A stretch of 64,000 bases of DNA from Perkinsela sp. CCAP 1560/9. Lineage: Eukaryota; Protista; Euglenozoa: Kinetoplastea. The position numbers and the translations under genes are program-made. The stretch covers positions 1 through 64,000 of the forward strand of contig CBFFSA010000035.1 in assembly GCA_965644495.1 (NCBI GenBank). The letters run 5' to 3'. This document shows positions 1 to 11,419 of this stretch, in pieces (position 1 is the first letter of the stretch; each line of letters starts with the position of its first letter). The notes under the pieces are model-generated. The model was not told where the DNA came from and did no database searches. It saw only the letters and a program-made list of their open reading frames with translations.

Positions 1-560
1 GTCACTGCCTCACGTGGCACTGCCTGTCACTCTGCCACTGTATCTACACTGCAATCACTGCCTCACGTGGCAGCACACTTACTCTCTCACGTGCTACTGC
101 AGCTGCACTGCATCACTGCAGTCACTGCCTCACGTGGCAGTAATCTTACTCTCTCACGTGCCACTGTAGCTACACTGCAGTCACTGCCTCACGTGGCACT
201 ACTCTTACTCTCGCACGTGCCACTGCAGCTACACTGCATCACTGCCTCACGGGGCACTGCTCTCACTCTCTCACGTGCCACTGTAGGTACAGTGCCGATG
301 CAGTCACTGCCTCACGTGGCAGTACTCTCACTCTCTCACGTGCTACTGCAGCTACACTGCAGTCACTGCCTCACGTGGCAGTACTCTCACTCTCTCACGT
401 GCCACTGCAGCTACACTGCATCACTGCAGTCACTGCCTCACATGGCAGTGCACTTGCTCTGGCACGTGCCACTGCAGCTGCACTGCATCACTGTGCAATC
501 ACTGCCTCACGTGGCACTGCTCTCACTCTCTCAAGGGCCACTGTAGCTACACACTGTACC
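1..560. repeat. Degenerate minisatellite built from TCACTGCCTCACGTGGCA / CTCTCACGTG / CTGCAG modules
   Basis: CACTGCCTCACGTGGCA or a close variant recurs at about 3, 56, 123, 182, 305, 364, 431 and 500, with irregular 55-70 bp spacing. Truncated by the window start. Confidence 0.85.
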
Positions 561-594
561 ACTCGGACCTGCACATTATTTTTCTCTCTATATA

Positions 595-2152
595 CAGGGG
601 TGAAAATCCCATGGTGGTGGGGGTCTAAAATTCGTAAAATTTGTCCAATTTTGGAAAATAATAGCGCGTTCGAGAGCTCTCGCAGAGTTGTATGTTTTAA
701 GATAGGCAGTTTGCGGGGGTTAGGGGGGTACCCCCCTTTGATGGAAGGGTCAAAAACACGATTTGCAAATTTGAAAAACTGTAAAAAATGGTCAAAAATT
801 ACCCTTAATACCCACAGGAAGACCCGTTTCGCTCAATAACGATGCGACAACGCTTGCGGAAACTGCTCATCGTGTTAATACATTCTTGCTTGCGTTCTGA
901 TTGTAATCTTTCGAACGCTGTCTCAATGGCCGATACTAATTCAGCCCGATTCTTGGGTCGAAGATCATTTTTGATCCTGTCCATGGTCCCCCAAAGGTTT
1001 TCAATGGTGTTTAAATCGGGGGATTTTGCAGGCCAAGAGAGTACATTAATACCTTCGTTGCGAAAGGTTGTTCGCGCAGAATTATGAACAGGACATTTAT
1101 CCATTGCAACGACCCCAGATGGGTGGCGCCTCAAATAATTTAAAAGTCCTTTGCGCTTCTTCATGGCGTCATTGAAAACATCCCCTGTTACAGTTACTTT
1201 TCGGCCGGAAGGGTCGTGGGAGGGAAAAATGTGTAGATGAAATCCATGATTTAAACTGACCCCCATCCACACCATGACGCCGTTCCCTCCATACCAAGGT
1301 TCTAGCTCTCCCTGCTGTTCCTTGGCGGGGTCAGTCTTCCGGCAAAGGTAAGTAATTTTGTTTCGTCCCCTACCGCAAGTGAACTTCTTCTCATCGCAGA
1401 AAACAATTTGTCTCAGTTGGGTATCTGACCAAGTGAGCATCTCAGAACAAAAATGCACTCGTTTCCTCTTGTGTTCATCGGTCAGTGCGGGCTTTCTTTT
1501 TAAAGTTCGCATGATCATACCATGGCTCTTCATGGCGTTAACCAAAGTTGGTCTTGAACACTGAAATCCAAGAGAAAGCACAACTCTATGGAGTGCACAC
1601 CAGTTCTCAATCCCGTACGGGAGGTCACGGTATCCCTCATCAATGAGGCGGATAGCTGCTTCGTGCAGCGCAGGGGTACTGACAGGAGATGGGCGTGAAA
1701 TAGGAGAGCTTTCCACGTCTCCAGTGTTCTCATAGCGTATCACAATACGTTTTGCTGTATTTTCGTGGACGCCGAAGTTTTGGGCTGTCCGAGAATAGGA
1801 CCCTGTCTCAAGATAATCTGAGACAAGAAGCATACGGTGACTTGGTATCACCCGTGCGGGGGAGGAATAGGACCTGTCGCTGAGTACACCACGTGAGGTT
1901 CGGGAACGAATCCGTTTCTGGGGCATATAGTGCTAATATTGACTGAAAAACAGCTAAAAACTGAAAAAATGTAAATTTGGGCAAGAAAAAAAATCATGAT
2001 TTTTTTGTCTCATCGTTTCATGTTGAGTCACAGGCCGCAAATAGTGCTAAAACATACAACTTTGTGAGAGCTCTCGAATGCGCTATTACTTTCCAAAATT
2101 GGATAATTTTTACGAATTTTAGACCCCCCCCACCACGAGGTTTTCACCCCTG
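595..2152 (-). mobile_element. Tc1/mariner (IS630-Tc1-mariner) DNA transposon, apparently intact
   Basis: Imperfect ~103-bp TIRs (595-697 CAGGGGTGAAAA...; 2048-2152 ...TTTTCACCCCTG), TA on both flanks, and a single transposase ORF inside. Confidence 0.95.
805..1926 (-). CDS. Tc1-like DDE transposase, 373 aa
   Basis: N-terminal HTH-like region (SYSRTAQNFGVHENT), KPALTDEHKRKR linker, and the motifs IVFCDEKKF, VMVW, MDKCPVH and WPAKSPDLNTIENLW. Confidence 0.95.
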   Translation of the reverse strand: MPQKRIRSRTSRGVLSDRSYSSPARVIPSHRMLLVSDYLETGSYSRTAQNFGVHENTAKRIVIRYENTGDVESSPISRPSPVSTPALHEAAIRLIDEGYRDLPYGIENWCALHRVVLSLGFQCSRPTLVNAMKSHGMIMRTLKRKPALTDEHKRKRVHFCSEMLTWSDTQLRQIVFCDEKKFTCGRGRNKITYLCRKTDPAKEQQGELEPWYGGNGVMVWMGVSLNHGFHLHIFPSHDPSGRKVTVTGDVFNDAMKKRKGLLNYLRRHPSGVVAMDKCPVHNSARTTFRNEGINVLSWPAKSPDLNTIENLWGTMDRIKNDLRPKNRAELVSAIETAFERLQSERKQECINTMSSFRKRCRIVIERNGSSCGY

Positions 2153-2285
2153 TATATACAAAATGCAAACCGTGTTTTTGGTGGCCAGCTGGCCACTTTT
2201 TTCAAGAAAAAAAAATCTGGAAAAAAAATCGTTCCGAATTTGTTTTTTTCGCGATTTTGAGCATATAAATTTTTTTGTTCAAAAA

Positions 2286-2358
2286 TGTCGATGCCGGGAA
2301 TCGAACCGCGGACATCCAGCGTCAAAATGGAACCCCTTTACCAACTGGACTACTCAAA
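2286..2358 (-). pseudogene. tRNA-like sequence (tRNA pseudogene or SINE head)
   Basis: The minus strand reads TAGTCCAGTTGG (A box) ... CGCGGTTCGATTCCCGG (B box/T arm), followed by a T run. The acceptor and anticodon stems pair poorly, so no isotype is assigned. Confidence 0.5.
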
Positions 2359-2899
2359 GGACTCTCCTTAGTCAACCAGTTTGTCGTATCGCAGACCTTT
2401 GCAGACGCACTTTTTTTACCAAAAGTGTTCTACAATTTGGGAAATGAGGTCGTTGTAGATGATTTTTCGAGTATTAAAGAGTTCATCTAATGAGCTACTG
2501 CTACGTTTTAAAATTTTGAAAAAACTCGATCTCTCGCTTCTTTGAGGGGCATTTTCAAGTTTTGGAATTAACCTTAGTAAGCGAGTTAGATACTCCGTAT
2601 CTCCCTCAATAGAAAGCCCCTATACATTTTTGTTTCTCCTATATACATAGGATAGAAAGTTTTGTTTCTCTTCTTTCGCTCTTTTTGACTTGAGTGGAAA
2701 TCTCTTCTGCGTGTATCCTTTGCCGTCTGATTCTTTTGCTTTAGCTGAGCGTTCGTTGATTTAAAGTACGTCCTCTGTGACTTTGACCCCTGCGCAGAAC
2801 ATTTTCCTATCCGACCAACGCCTTTTAAAAAGGCGTTACCAAAACATTTTTTTGGTAACGCCTTTTGAGGGGTTGAAGAAGTTCATCCAATTGGTAAAA

Positions 2900-4130
2900 C
2901 CTCTGACGCACGCGAAGCAGGTTGTCACGAGAACACGTTGCGAAGCGTTGGATTCAGCGATACGAGGAGACAAGAGACGTGGATAATACAGTGCGGGATT
3001 TTATTACGGGACACGTTAATTACGGGACAACTCAATTACGGGACACTTAATTAAGGGACACTTGGGCCTTGGGAGTGAGTTTCGCTCCCACTGCCTGGAG
3101 CGAAGCGCGGTGGATCGGGCTAGACCGGCGTATTCTCAGCAAAACAGTTTTACACGCCCAAATAAGCGGTGTATAAAGATAACAAAAAATATAATAACAG
3201 AGCCTGCAGTACAATCACTCACCACATTTCACAGATCATGTCACAGATCAAAGCTAAGGGACACTTAATTACGGGACACTTTTGACCAGAAAGGGGGTGT
3301 CTCTTAATTAAGGTGTCCCGTAATAGAGTTCCGCACTGTAACCCGGACAATAAGTTCGGGTTATTGTCAATAACCCTCATTGATGAAGGTACGCGAGATT
3401 TGCCTTACGCAATTCCGCCATGGTCGAACCTCGTGTCAACCCCCCTTCAGTCCGAAAAGTTTTATTGTTACTGCTCTATCACGCGCACTTTAAAGCGTGA
3501 AGGCATCATTTTGCGCACTGTCCCCCGTCATCCAGCTCTTACGGCTGCCCACAAGCAGAAACGAATTGAGCTGTGCCGCGAGCTGTCGGAGTGGACCCCT
3601 CATGATCTCGAGTCCATTATTTAGACGGACCAGAAGAAGTTTACTTGCGGGGGGCGACAAAAGATTACCTACCTTTGCCGCAAAGCTGATCCCCCTAAAG
3701 AGCACCTAAGAGAGCAGGAAAAGTGGCGTGGAGGTGATGGCATTATGGTGTGGATGGGGGTGAGTATAAAATACGGTATCTTTTTCCACGAATTTCCTAA
3801 CAAAGATGATCACGGAAATAAAATATCGGTAAACGGGGATGCAGTTAAAAACGCTATGCTAAAAAGAAATGGATTTTTTTAATTTTTTTTGAAGAGAGAT
3901 TCAGGCGCTGTTGTGGTGATGGATAATTGTCCTATCCACAATACTGCACGTCGTCATTTTGATGAAAATAGTCACAATGCTAGCTTGCCGCCCTAAATTT
4001 CTTGATCTCAACCCCTTCGAAAATATTTGGGGACAAATTGAATCACACAAAAATACTAAATGTCCCAAAAATAGGGGGGAATTGCGTGATGCAATACATT
4101 CAGGGATTGAATTGTTGAAAGTGCTTTGTT
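2900..4130 (+). pseudogene. Decayed Tc1-like transposase related to 805-1926, interrupted by a MITE
   Basis: Peptide remnants CHENT, IQRYEETRDV, LIDEGTRDLPY, HPALTAAHKQKR, DQKKFTCGG, GIMVWMGVS, MDNCPIH and DLNPFENIW match the intact transposase across stops and frameshifts. Confidence 0.85.
2989..3338. mobile_element. 350-bp MITE (Tc1/pogo-type)
   Basis: 26-bp imperfect TIRs (CAGTGCGGGATTTTATTACGGGACAC / GTGTCCCGTAATAGAGTTCCGCACTG), TA on both flanks, and internal TTAATTACGGGACAC subrepeats. Confidence 0.9.
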
Positions 4131-4442
4131 GAAGGACTTTCCCCCCTCTAAACGCCCGCACTGTTCTGTTTAACAAGTAAAGTACTACTTAAGTATTACT
4201 TAACAAACAAAGTTGATACGAGAAAAGTTGTAGATACGATCATTGTCGTTTTGGTATCGTTCTCCATGTTTTGGGGGCTCTTCGCTAAACGCGGCGGTAG
4301 TTTTCAAGGCGAAGCGCGCAGCAGTGGTGTCATTGTAATTTAAAAAGAATAAAAAGTGATAGAAAAAAAGGTCGAAGTAGCAAAAACTACAGTATCTTAA
4401 GAAGCTACTCAAGCGCCGATCCCGACCGATCCCACCTGATAA

Positions 4443-5270
4443 GTGACAGGGTCCTCCAGGTTTCAGCCCTCTAAATCTCTTCTTTCTGCAGTTGTTTCTG
4501 GTCTGAAGTCGAAAAATATATTTGTGGTACATATCGTGTCCGATGCAGGTTTCGCCATAAAGAAAGCAGTCCGCGAATTCACAAAGTCCCAGAACATTGG
4601 CAGTGTATGTGCCGCTCATGCTTTGCAGCTTGCAATGGAGAAATTATTCAAGCTGGGGAACAAAGATTATATTCTACAAATTGCAGCCGGTTCTCCAAAT
4701 TGGCGGGCCCCTGTGCCTACCGGGTGGTGGTCTACCATCGTCGAGGTACAAAAGGCACTGAAGTGTAGAGTGTATGGGAGGATTATCACCTAAAAGGGGT
4801 TTTGCAACAATGGATAAAACAGTTTGAGATCTACCAGGCTGCAGGAAGATTGATAGAGAGAGATGACTGCAACTTAGCGAGTGCACTTCGGCTACGGTTG
4901 GCACTTGAGGCCAAGGCAGGGGAGTCGCACAAAGTTTATCTCGACGACCGCTTCATGCGTTTTCTTTCTTCTGCTCACCTGCTATGCGGGGCATTGTCAC
5001 CCGTGGTAAAGTGGAATTCGGTGACTACTGTGGTCAAAAAGCGTCTCCGCGACGTATGCGTTCCTGTCATAACTTCTTTATGCTCTGAAAAGGATAATGC
5101 CATCCACCATCACATTTGGGATAAGTTTAACGGGTGGGTTAGTGGAAACTGGTTGCAGGAAGAGCACGATGCGGTTCGCACCGTGCGGGGGAAAAGCGCT
5201 TTCGCTACGTTTTGGGAAGACCTTGTCGTAAGTGACCAGTTCCCGATTCTTTCCCTTTCAGCCCGAAAGT
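4443..5270 (+). pseudogene. hAT-superfamily transposase remnant
   Basis: IVSDAG (catalytic D), CAAHALQL (CxxH), PTGWWST (TRWNS-like), ALSP (LDP-like) and FWED...FPILSLSARKL (start of the hAT dimerisation domain). The frame is broken near 4793 and truncated by a fold-back. Confidence 0.75.
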
Positions 5271-5452
5271 TAGTTTTTATAGTACTATACTGTATAGTTT
5301 TTATAGTACTATAAACGGGGTTTATAGTACTATAAAAACTAACTTTCGGGCTGAAAGGGAAAGAAGCGGGAACTGGTCACTTACGACAAGGTCTTCCCAA
5401 AACGTAGCGAAAGCGTTTTTCCCCCGCACGGTGCGAACCGCATTGTGCTCTT
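5160..5452. repeat. Fold-back inverted duplication of the hAT C-terminal coding sequence
   Basis: About 5160-5289 is the near-perfect reverse complement of about 5324-5452. The centre holds repeated TATAGTACTATA palindromes. Confidence 0.9.
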
Positions 5453-5840
5453 ATGTGGGGTAGACAAATAATAATAATAATAAAGATCGTTTTTTGTTTT
5501 TGAAAAAGTGTGCAAACTTCGTTCAATTCCACCGAAAAGTCAATAGAAATTCTATTGACTGAAATTACTCTATTATAGAATAACCGAATTTGGTTAATAA
5601 AAGATCAATTTTTTTTTTTAAAATTAAGTAAAGGCGGAGAAAAATTAAAAAAAATGGGGTACATTTTCACCATACCCCAATTTTTTTCTCCACTTCGCCC
5701 CCCCCCCTAAAAAAAAAAGATCGCCCCCAAAAAAATTTCCCCCATTTTTTTTGTTTACATTAAAGGGGGAGGTCACAGTATTCTTTCTATTCGGAAAATT
5801 CACAAAAAGAACACACAACCAATTTTCTTAATGTAAAGAG

Positions 5841-6296
5841 CTATTTTCGCTTTTTATCCTTCGTATTCGGCATCCAAGTAGAGGGCGGAGCGTTTTCCCA
5901 AACGGCCCTTCCCTCCTTCATTTGATTCCTCAGCAGTACAAGAAAATCTCCCTTGCTCAATATATCAGAAAGGCTATAAGATTTTTTACCTGCCACTTCA
6001 TCAAAGGATTTTAAAAGAACCCTTACTCGACCACGCAAAACTAACACTGGACTCTTGCCTTGGCTTCGGGGGTAGAACTTCGAAATCTCCAAGAGACATG
6101 GCAATCCTAGATTTTCGCAGACTTTCATAATCTCTAGAACGGTAGGTTTTTCTAATGCTTGATGAATTGCAATTCGTCTTCCCTGACTTCGAGACAAGGC
6201 CGCGTTCAAAAAATGAGGATAAATAATTTGATAATCCTTAATATTAGGAGGAGGAGTCACTTTTCGCTGATACCGCTCAAGATCAGAATCATCCAT
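5841..6296 (-). CDS. SRP19: Signal recognition particle 19 kDa protein
   Basis: The SRP19 signature is present: IIYPHFLN..SRSQGRRI, KPTVLEI..VCENLGL, E..KFYPR, RGRVRV. ATG start, intronless, 151 aa. Confidence 0.9.
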   Translation of the reverse strand: MDDSDLERYQRKVTPPPNIKDYQIIYPHFLNAALSRSQGRRIAIHQALEKPTVLEIMKVCENLGLPCLLEISKFYPRSQGKSPVLVLRGRVRVLLKSFDEVAGKKSYSLSDILSKGDFLVLLRNQMKEGRAVWENAPPSTWMPNTKDKKRK

Positions 6297-6684
6297 GCGG
6301 ATAAAAATTACTTAAGAAATGGGTGTTGCGAAATATTCAAACAAGGGAGATACGTGAGTTTCACCTCGCCGTTGTGTAAAGGGTGAATTGTCGTTGTGTA
6401 AAGGGTGAAAATATATACCGTATAGTATACGGTATACTATACTGGGCGGGGGGTATACTATACCCCCCGCCCGGTAAGGTATCCCCCAGTAGGAGAGATT
6501 TGGCCCTTTTTGGGATGACTCCCAGTAAGAGAGATTTGGCTCGGGAGCCCAACAGGAGGCGTATAGGGCATAGGGGGTGAGTGTCCGCATGTCGGGAACC
6601 TCGGGGGTAACCCAAATAAAACTCCCGCACACTTATTTTTTCGCCCCCATTTTCCGGAATAATAAGTGTTTCCGGAATAGTAAG

Positions 6685-6873
6685 TGAGGGGCTGCGGGTG
6701 GCGAGGTTTCATAAAGGGTTTTATCGAGGTTCCGAGGTTTCGCAAGGTTTCATCGAGGTTTCACCAAGGTTTCATCCAGATTTCGCCGAGGTTTCATCCA
6801 GGTTTCACCGAGGTTTCATCCAGGTTTCGAGAGGTTTCGCAAGGCTTCACGAGGTTTCACGCGCAGCCGCTGA
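6685..6873. mobile_element. Mini TIR element with internal (GAGGTTTC) subrepeats; same family as 9665-10963
   Basis: Starts TGAGGGGCTGCGG and ends with degenerate CGCAGCCGCTGA. AG lies on both flanks. It sits within TTTCCGGAATAATAAG repeats. Confidence 0.55.
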
Positions 6874-7129
6874 AGTGTGTTTCCGGAATAATAAGAGGGT
6901 TGAAACCTATGAAAGGTAAAGCCTGGCAAAACCAGCATATTCCTCATTCACGTGGCGAAGAAAAGTACTTTGTTAAAAATAGTGAAGAACATACTTGGTC
7001 TCCATCGTGCGCTGCAAAATATTTTCGCGCTACAAAAAATGAAGATTTTGAAAAAACTATTTTTCGAAATAAACCCCCAGAAAGGGTAGCCGAGGTCTTG
7101 GCGCACATTTTCCACCTCCGTACTCGGGG

Positions 7130-7460
7130 ACGCGGTTATTTTCAACATAGAAGTCACTCATGATCCGCGCTTCGTGTTGAAAACTACCTCCGCGGTTAAC
7201 GAAGAGTCTAAAAAAGAAAAATCGCGAAAAGATCATGAATGATCTAATTTTTCGAGTAAAAAAGCTCGATTTTTCAGCGAAAATTGCGAAATTTTAACCC
7301 GAATTTGGGCCGTTTTTGATGCCTTACCAGTAGGGGCAGGAGGCGAATATGTCCAAAAAAAACGTCGTAGAATGGTAGCTGAGGTCCCAAACTCTCACAA
7401 TACGTTTTAGGAGTCGATTTTAGAAGAATACTATTTTTACTTTTTTTCGGGTCAAAAAAA
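7130..7460 (+). repeat. Dispersed repeat, copy 1 (copy 2 at ~14229-14560; partial inverted arm at ~4273-4323)
   Basis: TAGAAGTCACTCATG...GCGAAAATTGCGAAATTTTAACCCGAATTTGGGCCG...CAGTAGGGGCAGGAGGCGAAT is shared with 14.2-14.5 kb. Confidence 0.85.
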
Positions 7461-7464
7461 TTGG

Positions 7465-7837
7465 TCTTTATATTTTCACTGTTTTTGTTCACGTTTTTTT
7501 CAATAATCGAGGGTAGAGCGGTAGTTATACAACCACCGCAATCATTACTTATGAACGCAATAAGGGGTGATCAAAAACAAACATACATCTGTGTAGTATG
7601 ATTCTTTGTCTACGAAGAGAAAAAACAAGACAAAAATAAAGAGATTACGGAAAAAACCTCGAGCTGACATGGAGGAGTAACGATGGAATGAAATGTTTTT
7701 GATAATTTTTGAGCAATTTTCAGTCCGAGGTGAAATGTTTTTTTCAATTATCATTATTAATTGCGCTGGTTGTATAACTACCGCTCTACCCTCGATTATT
7801 GAAAAAAAAGTGAACCAAAACAGTGAAAATATAAAGA
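7465..7837. repeat. Inverted repeat pair (~80-bp arms), fold-back or MITE-like
   Basis: 7465-7547 (…CAATAATCGAGGGTAGAGCGGTAGTTATACAACC) is the reverse complement of ~7759-7837. Confidence 0.75.
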
Positions 7838-8382
7838 GGAAAACAGTAATATAATAGAAGAAAAATATGTAAAAGGGGCTCCGGTGGTCCAAGAATTTTC
7901 AAAAAAAAATTGGACCCTTGGGGGGTCCAGGGTGGGTCCAGGGGTGCATACCGCACGAAATTTTTGTGAAAAAAATATTTTTCGAAAAAAAAAGCGCAGA
8001 AGGGGTAGCCGGAGTCTTGGCGCGTATTTTCCCCCCTACCCGGGGATGGACACTTTAATATCAAAATTTCCAGCTTAAACCGTGTTCCGGGTTATTGTGC
8101 CCCGCCTGCACAATAACTGGCTCTAGGCACAATACGTGGCTCTTGGCACAATAAGTAAATATTGGAAAAACCCAAAAAAGGGTAAAAAAATTAGGCGTCG
8201 CTTCGCGGCGCCTTTTTTATGGACAAACATGTTCATATGCAGAGTTAGTTCTATTTATTTCCATAAATTTCCTTTCTAATTATTTTCTTAAATTTTAAGG
8301 AATGCGTTGTTGAACAAAGTCAATTCCGAGAAAATGGGAATAGAACCTACCAAAAAAATATGGCGCCGCTTCGCGGGAAAAG

Positions 8383-9232
8383 TTGGTAGAAATACTGCCA
8401 AGTGCTATGCAGTTCGTCAAAACCCGGATTCCCATAGAACCTGTTCTTGAAGGAGCCGCTTCGGCGGCCGGAAGCGGGGACACTCAGCGAGGAGAACAAG
8501 CGATTCTCCGGGGCGTGGAAGCCCTGAAGGCCGGCACCGTGGCAAGCCGCGACGTTAGCCCTACCGTTCTTGTCGCGCTGCGGGACAAGCTGCGTTCATA
8601 CGGGTGCTCGGAGCTCCTGCATCAGTGCCTGACGCAGACGGGTTTCAGTATTGCGCCTTCTTGTACTTCTGAAGTAAAATAGGACGTGTGCAACGCTGTT
8701 GGCACCCGTCCAGACGCTGTGCATTACGCCAAGCTCTTGGCAGACGCCCCTCCAGACACACCTCTCCCTGCTTCGGAGTCTGAAGGCGTCCGCCTTGGCG
8801 TCTGGTCCCTATTGCGCAAACTGGGATCAGTGCTGTTGTCTCATCAACTTCGGCACGAAGACGCCACGGTTGCCCCGGAAACGCTCGAAAAGCTTATGCT
8901 TGACAGTGTTGGCGACCGCTCCAACAGCTCGATCGTGTCGTTCCTTGCGGGGCACACCCGAGCGATAGCGAGCATCGCGGGGGCAAATGTCCAGGACAAG
9001 CGCACAAACCGGCAGCGTAGTTTTCAAAACCGATCTACCCCTCTCAAGGCTGTGGGTCAAGAAAGTTTGGCACCTTCCGGACGCCCCTCCGGGAACTTGT
9101 CGCCACTGCGGCAAACAGGGGCACCGGATCAGTAATTATCGGGTACCGGAAGCCAGCGTCATGAGCTCTCTTAAGCGTAAAGGGGGGAAAAAGCGCCCAT
9201 CTGGCGAGAGCAGAAAGACATTAGAGTTATAG
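8383..9232 (+). pseudogene. Disrupted gag-like ORF with a degenerate zinc knuckle
   Basis: Two in-frame ORFs (8383-8682, 8686-9135) are split by a stop. A shifted frame gives CRHCGKQGHRISNY (Cx2Cx4Hx4C with the last C as Y) and a basic tail. Confidence 0.5.
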
Positions 9233-9664
9233 GGAGCACATATACTGTTGAAACAAATATTCTTTATACAGGGGTGAACAGAAATTTTGCCCCCCCGCGG
9301 AAATTTGATTTTTTTTATCCGTTTTTGCTCATCTTTGCAGCATCGGAGAGATCTCGCTTTCCTAGCGAAGGGCTTTGCCGCCTTTTTTCGTAGGGACCCC
9401 CTGAGACCCCCTAGGTCCAAAAAACATGGTTTTTTGATACCGTTTTTCTGGAACGCACCCATTCTTTTACATTTTTTTTATGTTTTATGAAATCGTTTCC
9501 TTCGCATTTTAGCTCGTTTTAATCGCGTTTGATGAATCTCGTTCTCATAGCGAATAGTCTTGCTGGATTTCTTTCTTAATGGCTCCTTAGAGCTCTCATG
9601 GGATAAAAGTATAATTTATGACCTTGGGGCATAAAAGACATTTTATGAGTTGCAATTAGGGATG

Positions 9665-10963
9665 TGAGGGGCTGCGGGTTATTATTCTGAAACAGCGCGA
9701 AACACCGCGAAACAGCGGTTTGTTTTCCAGTCTTGCGCAGGTGATGAAAAGTCTGAAAATTCATGTACAAGCTCATAACATGCACTTAATAATGTCCGTT
9801 ATGTTCCCTTATGCTCTGTGTTAACGTGTATGATTGCATATCATGTGCAAAGTTTATAACCACAATAATATTTGGCTTATTTGTGAAACTCTTCGTATCA
9901 ATATACCTTTCTTGAGCCCTTTAATGTACGGAATAAGCCATGAACAGGTTAATTAAGTGTATTCCGAGCTACAGCGGGTTCACGGCGCCGTTATAGGGGA
10001 AAAAGACATCACGAAACGCGTAACCGTGTTTGATAAGCCAGTCCTCCAGATTTCTCCTGAAGAGCTTGGTGAGAAGGTGACAAGCATCATGGAACGGGTA
10101 AACAGGGCCCTGGAATGTTTTTCTGTGGGAAAGAGGAGCATTGGTAATGTTCCTGTTGGCTCCTCTATCCTTCGTCGCACAGTTCTTCTCCTGGTACAGC
10201 ACCGAGGACATCTCCTACTCGATGTGCGTCCACGTGAACTGTACTTTCTGGGTGAGGTTGCCCAAGACATGGAAAGCTACCTTGAGGAGCAACCATTATA
10301 TGCTCCGCGACGAAAAGGCGAGGTGGGAGACTTTGTCGAGAGCTTGTGGCGCTCGATCACGGGACAACGGTCTCGCGCTTGCGCAGCATGGCGCCAAAAA
10401 AGGACGAAAGCCTCCACTTCCCTCGAAGCAAGCGCTGCAAGCAGCCAAGTGGAAAGTGACCAAGTGGAAAGCCCTGCAAAGGGCCTATCGGGAAGGGTCA
10501 TTCAATTTCCCGAGCTCGAGTAAAACGCTATGGGGCGAAAAAGGGAATACGAAGTGCGAAAGTGTAAAGTGGAGAAGATCAGCACTAAGTACAGTACTGT
10601 AACCCGCCTTTAATATACACACCCCCCAAACCCCCCTATCATAGAGACAAAACGCATTATTCTACGTTAAAGGGGGTCACAGTATTTGAAATGTGTTCAA
10701 CTTTTTTAATATTTGCGAATGAGTGCTGAAGATCAGTTTTGAAATGTATAGTACATCAATATTTTAATCTTTTTTATGCATGGAGATCACCGCGGCATAC
10801 TCCCGAACTTTGCCCCCCTCGAGTGCCTACTCTGCTTTCATTCATAGGTTATTTCAAATAAAAAATAGCTACTTATTTCCTTTTTGACTTACCTAGTGTA
10901 GAAACTCCGCGAAACAGCGTGAAACACCGCGAAACAGCGCTTTACGTCATCCGCAGCCCCTCA
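9665..10963. mobile_element. Non-autonomous TIR element (13-bp TIR TGAGGGGCTGCGG, apparent 2-bp TSD TG)
   Basis: Perfect 13-bp TIRs at 9665-9677 and 10951-10963, with subterminal GAAACA(G/C)CGC repeats at both ends. Confidence 0.7.
9957..10523 (+). CDS. Hypothetical protein carried in the TIR element (start uncertain)
   Basis: A 188-codon open frame, GC-richer than its flanks. No motif recognised. Confidence 0.3.
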   Translation: MYSELQRVHGAVIGEKDITKRVTVFDKPVLQISPEELGEKVTSIMERVNRALECFSVGKRSIGNVPVGSSILRRTVLLLVQHRGHLLLDVRPRELYFLGEVAQDMESYLEEQPLYAPRRKGEVGDFVESLWRSITGQRSRACAAWRQKRTKASTSLEASAASSQVESDQVESPAKGLSGRVIQFPELE

Positions 10964-11419
10964 TGCATACGTGGACGTTAATTACCTGAATCACTTTTGT
11001 GGTTTGGGTTGGAAGGAAACTTATGAGTACGACTAACGATAATTAGTCGCCTTCTTTTCGTTTACCTTCTCCGGCTTTACGGTGGCACCGGGCCTAACTT
11101 CGTATCCCTATACTTTTTGATTATCATGCAGTAAACTGCAGAGATACCTGCCCTAGGAGTGGTAATACAAAGCGGTGAGCCGTGCCGCGCTGAGACAAGA
11201 TTACGCCATGGAACACGCGTAGAATATATTAGATTGATCACAAATAAATTTAGACGTCGGAGTGAAGTACATGAATTTGCATGTCATTTTCGTTTCGGTA
11301 CATCTTTCTGTCACACGTAGGCACACCAATTTTCCAAAAAATGGAAGTGTTTGTCAAAGTACCTAGATACGCGTTTCTATGCACGTATACTAGAAACAAG
11401 CATAAGGATTCGGTTATTA

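Noticed and set aside
67-839. ORFs in the CACGTG minisatellite
   Set aside because: Repeat-derived low-complexity translations.
2286-2358. Functional tRNA
   Set aside because: The acceptor and anticodon stems do not pair properly.
9265-9290. Second Tc1 element starting TACAGGGGTGAA
   Set aside because: Only about 12 bp match the TIR, and no partner end or transposase was found.
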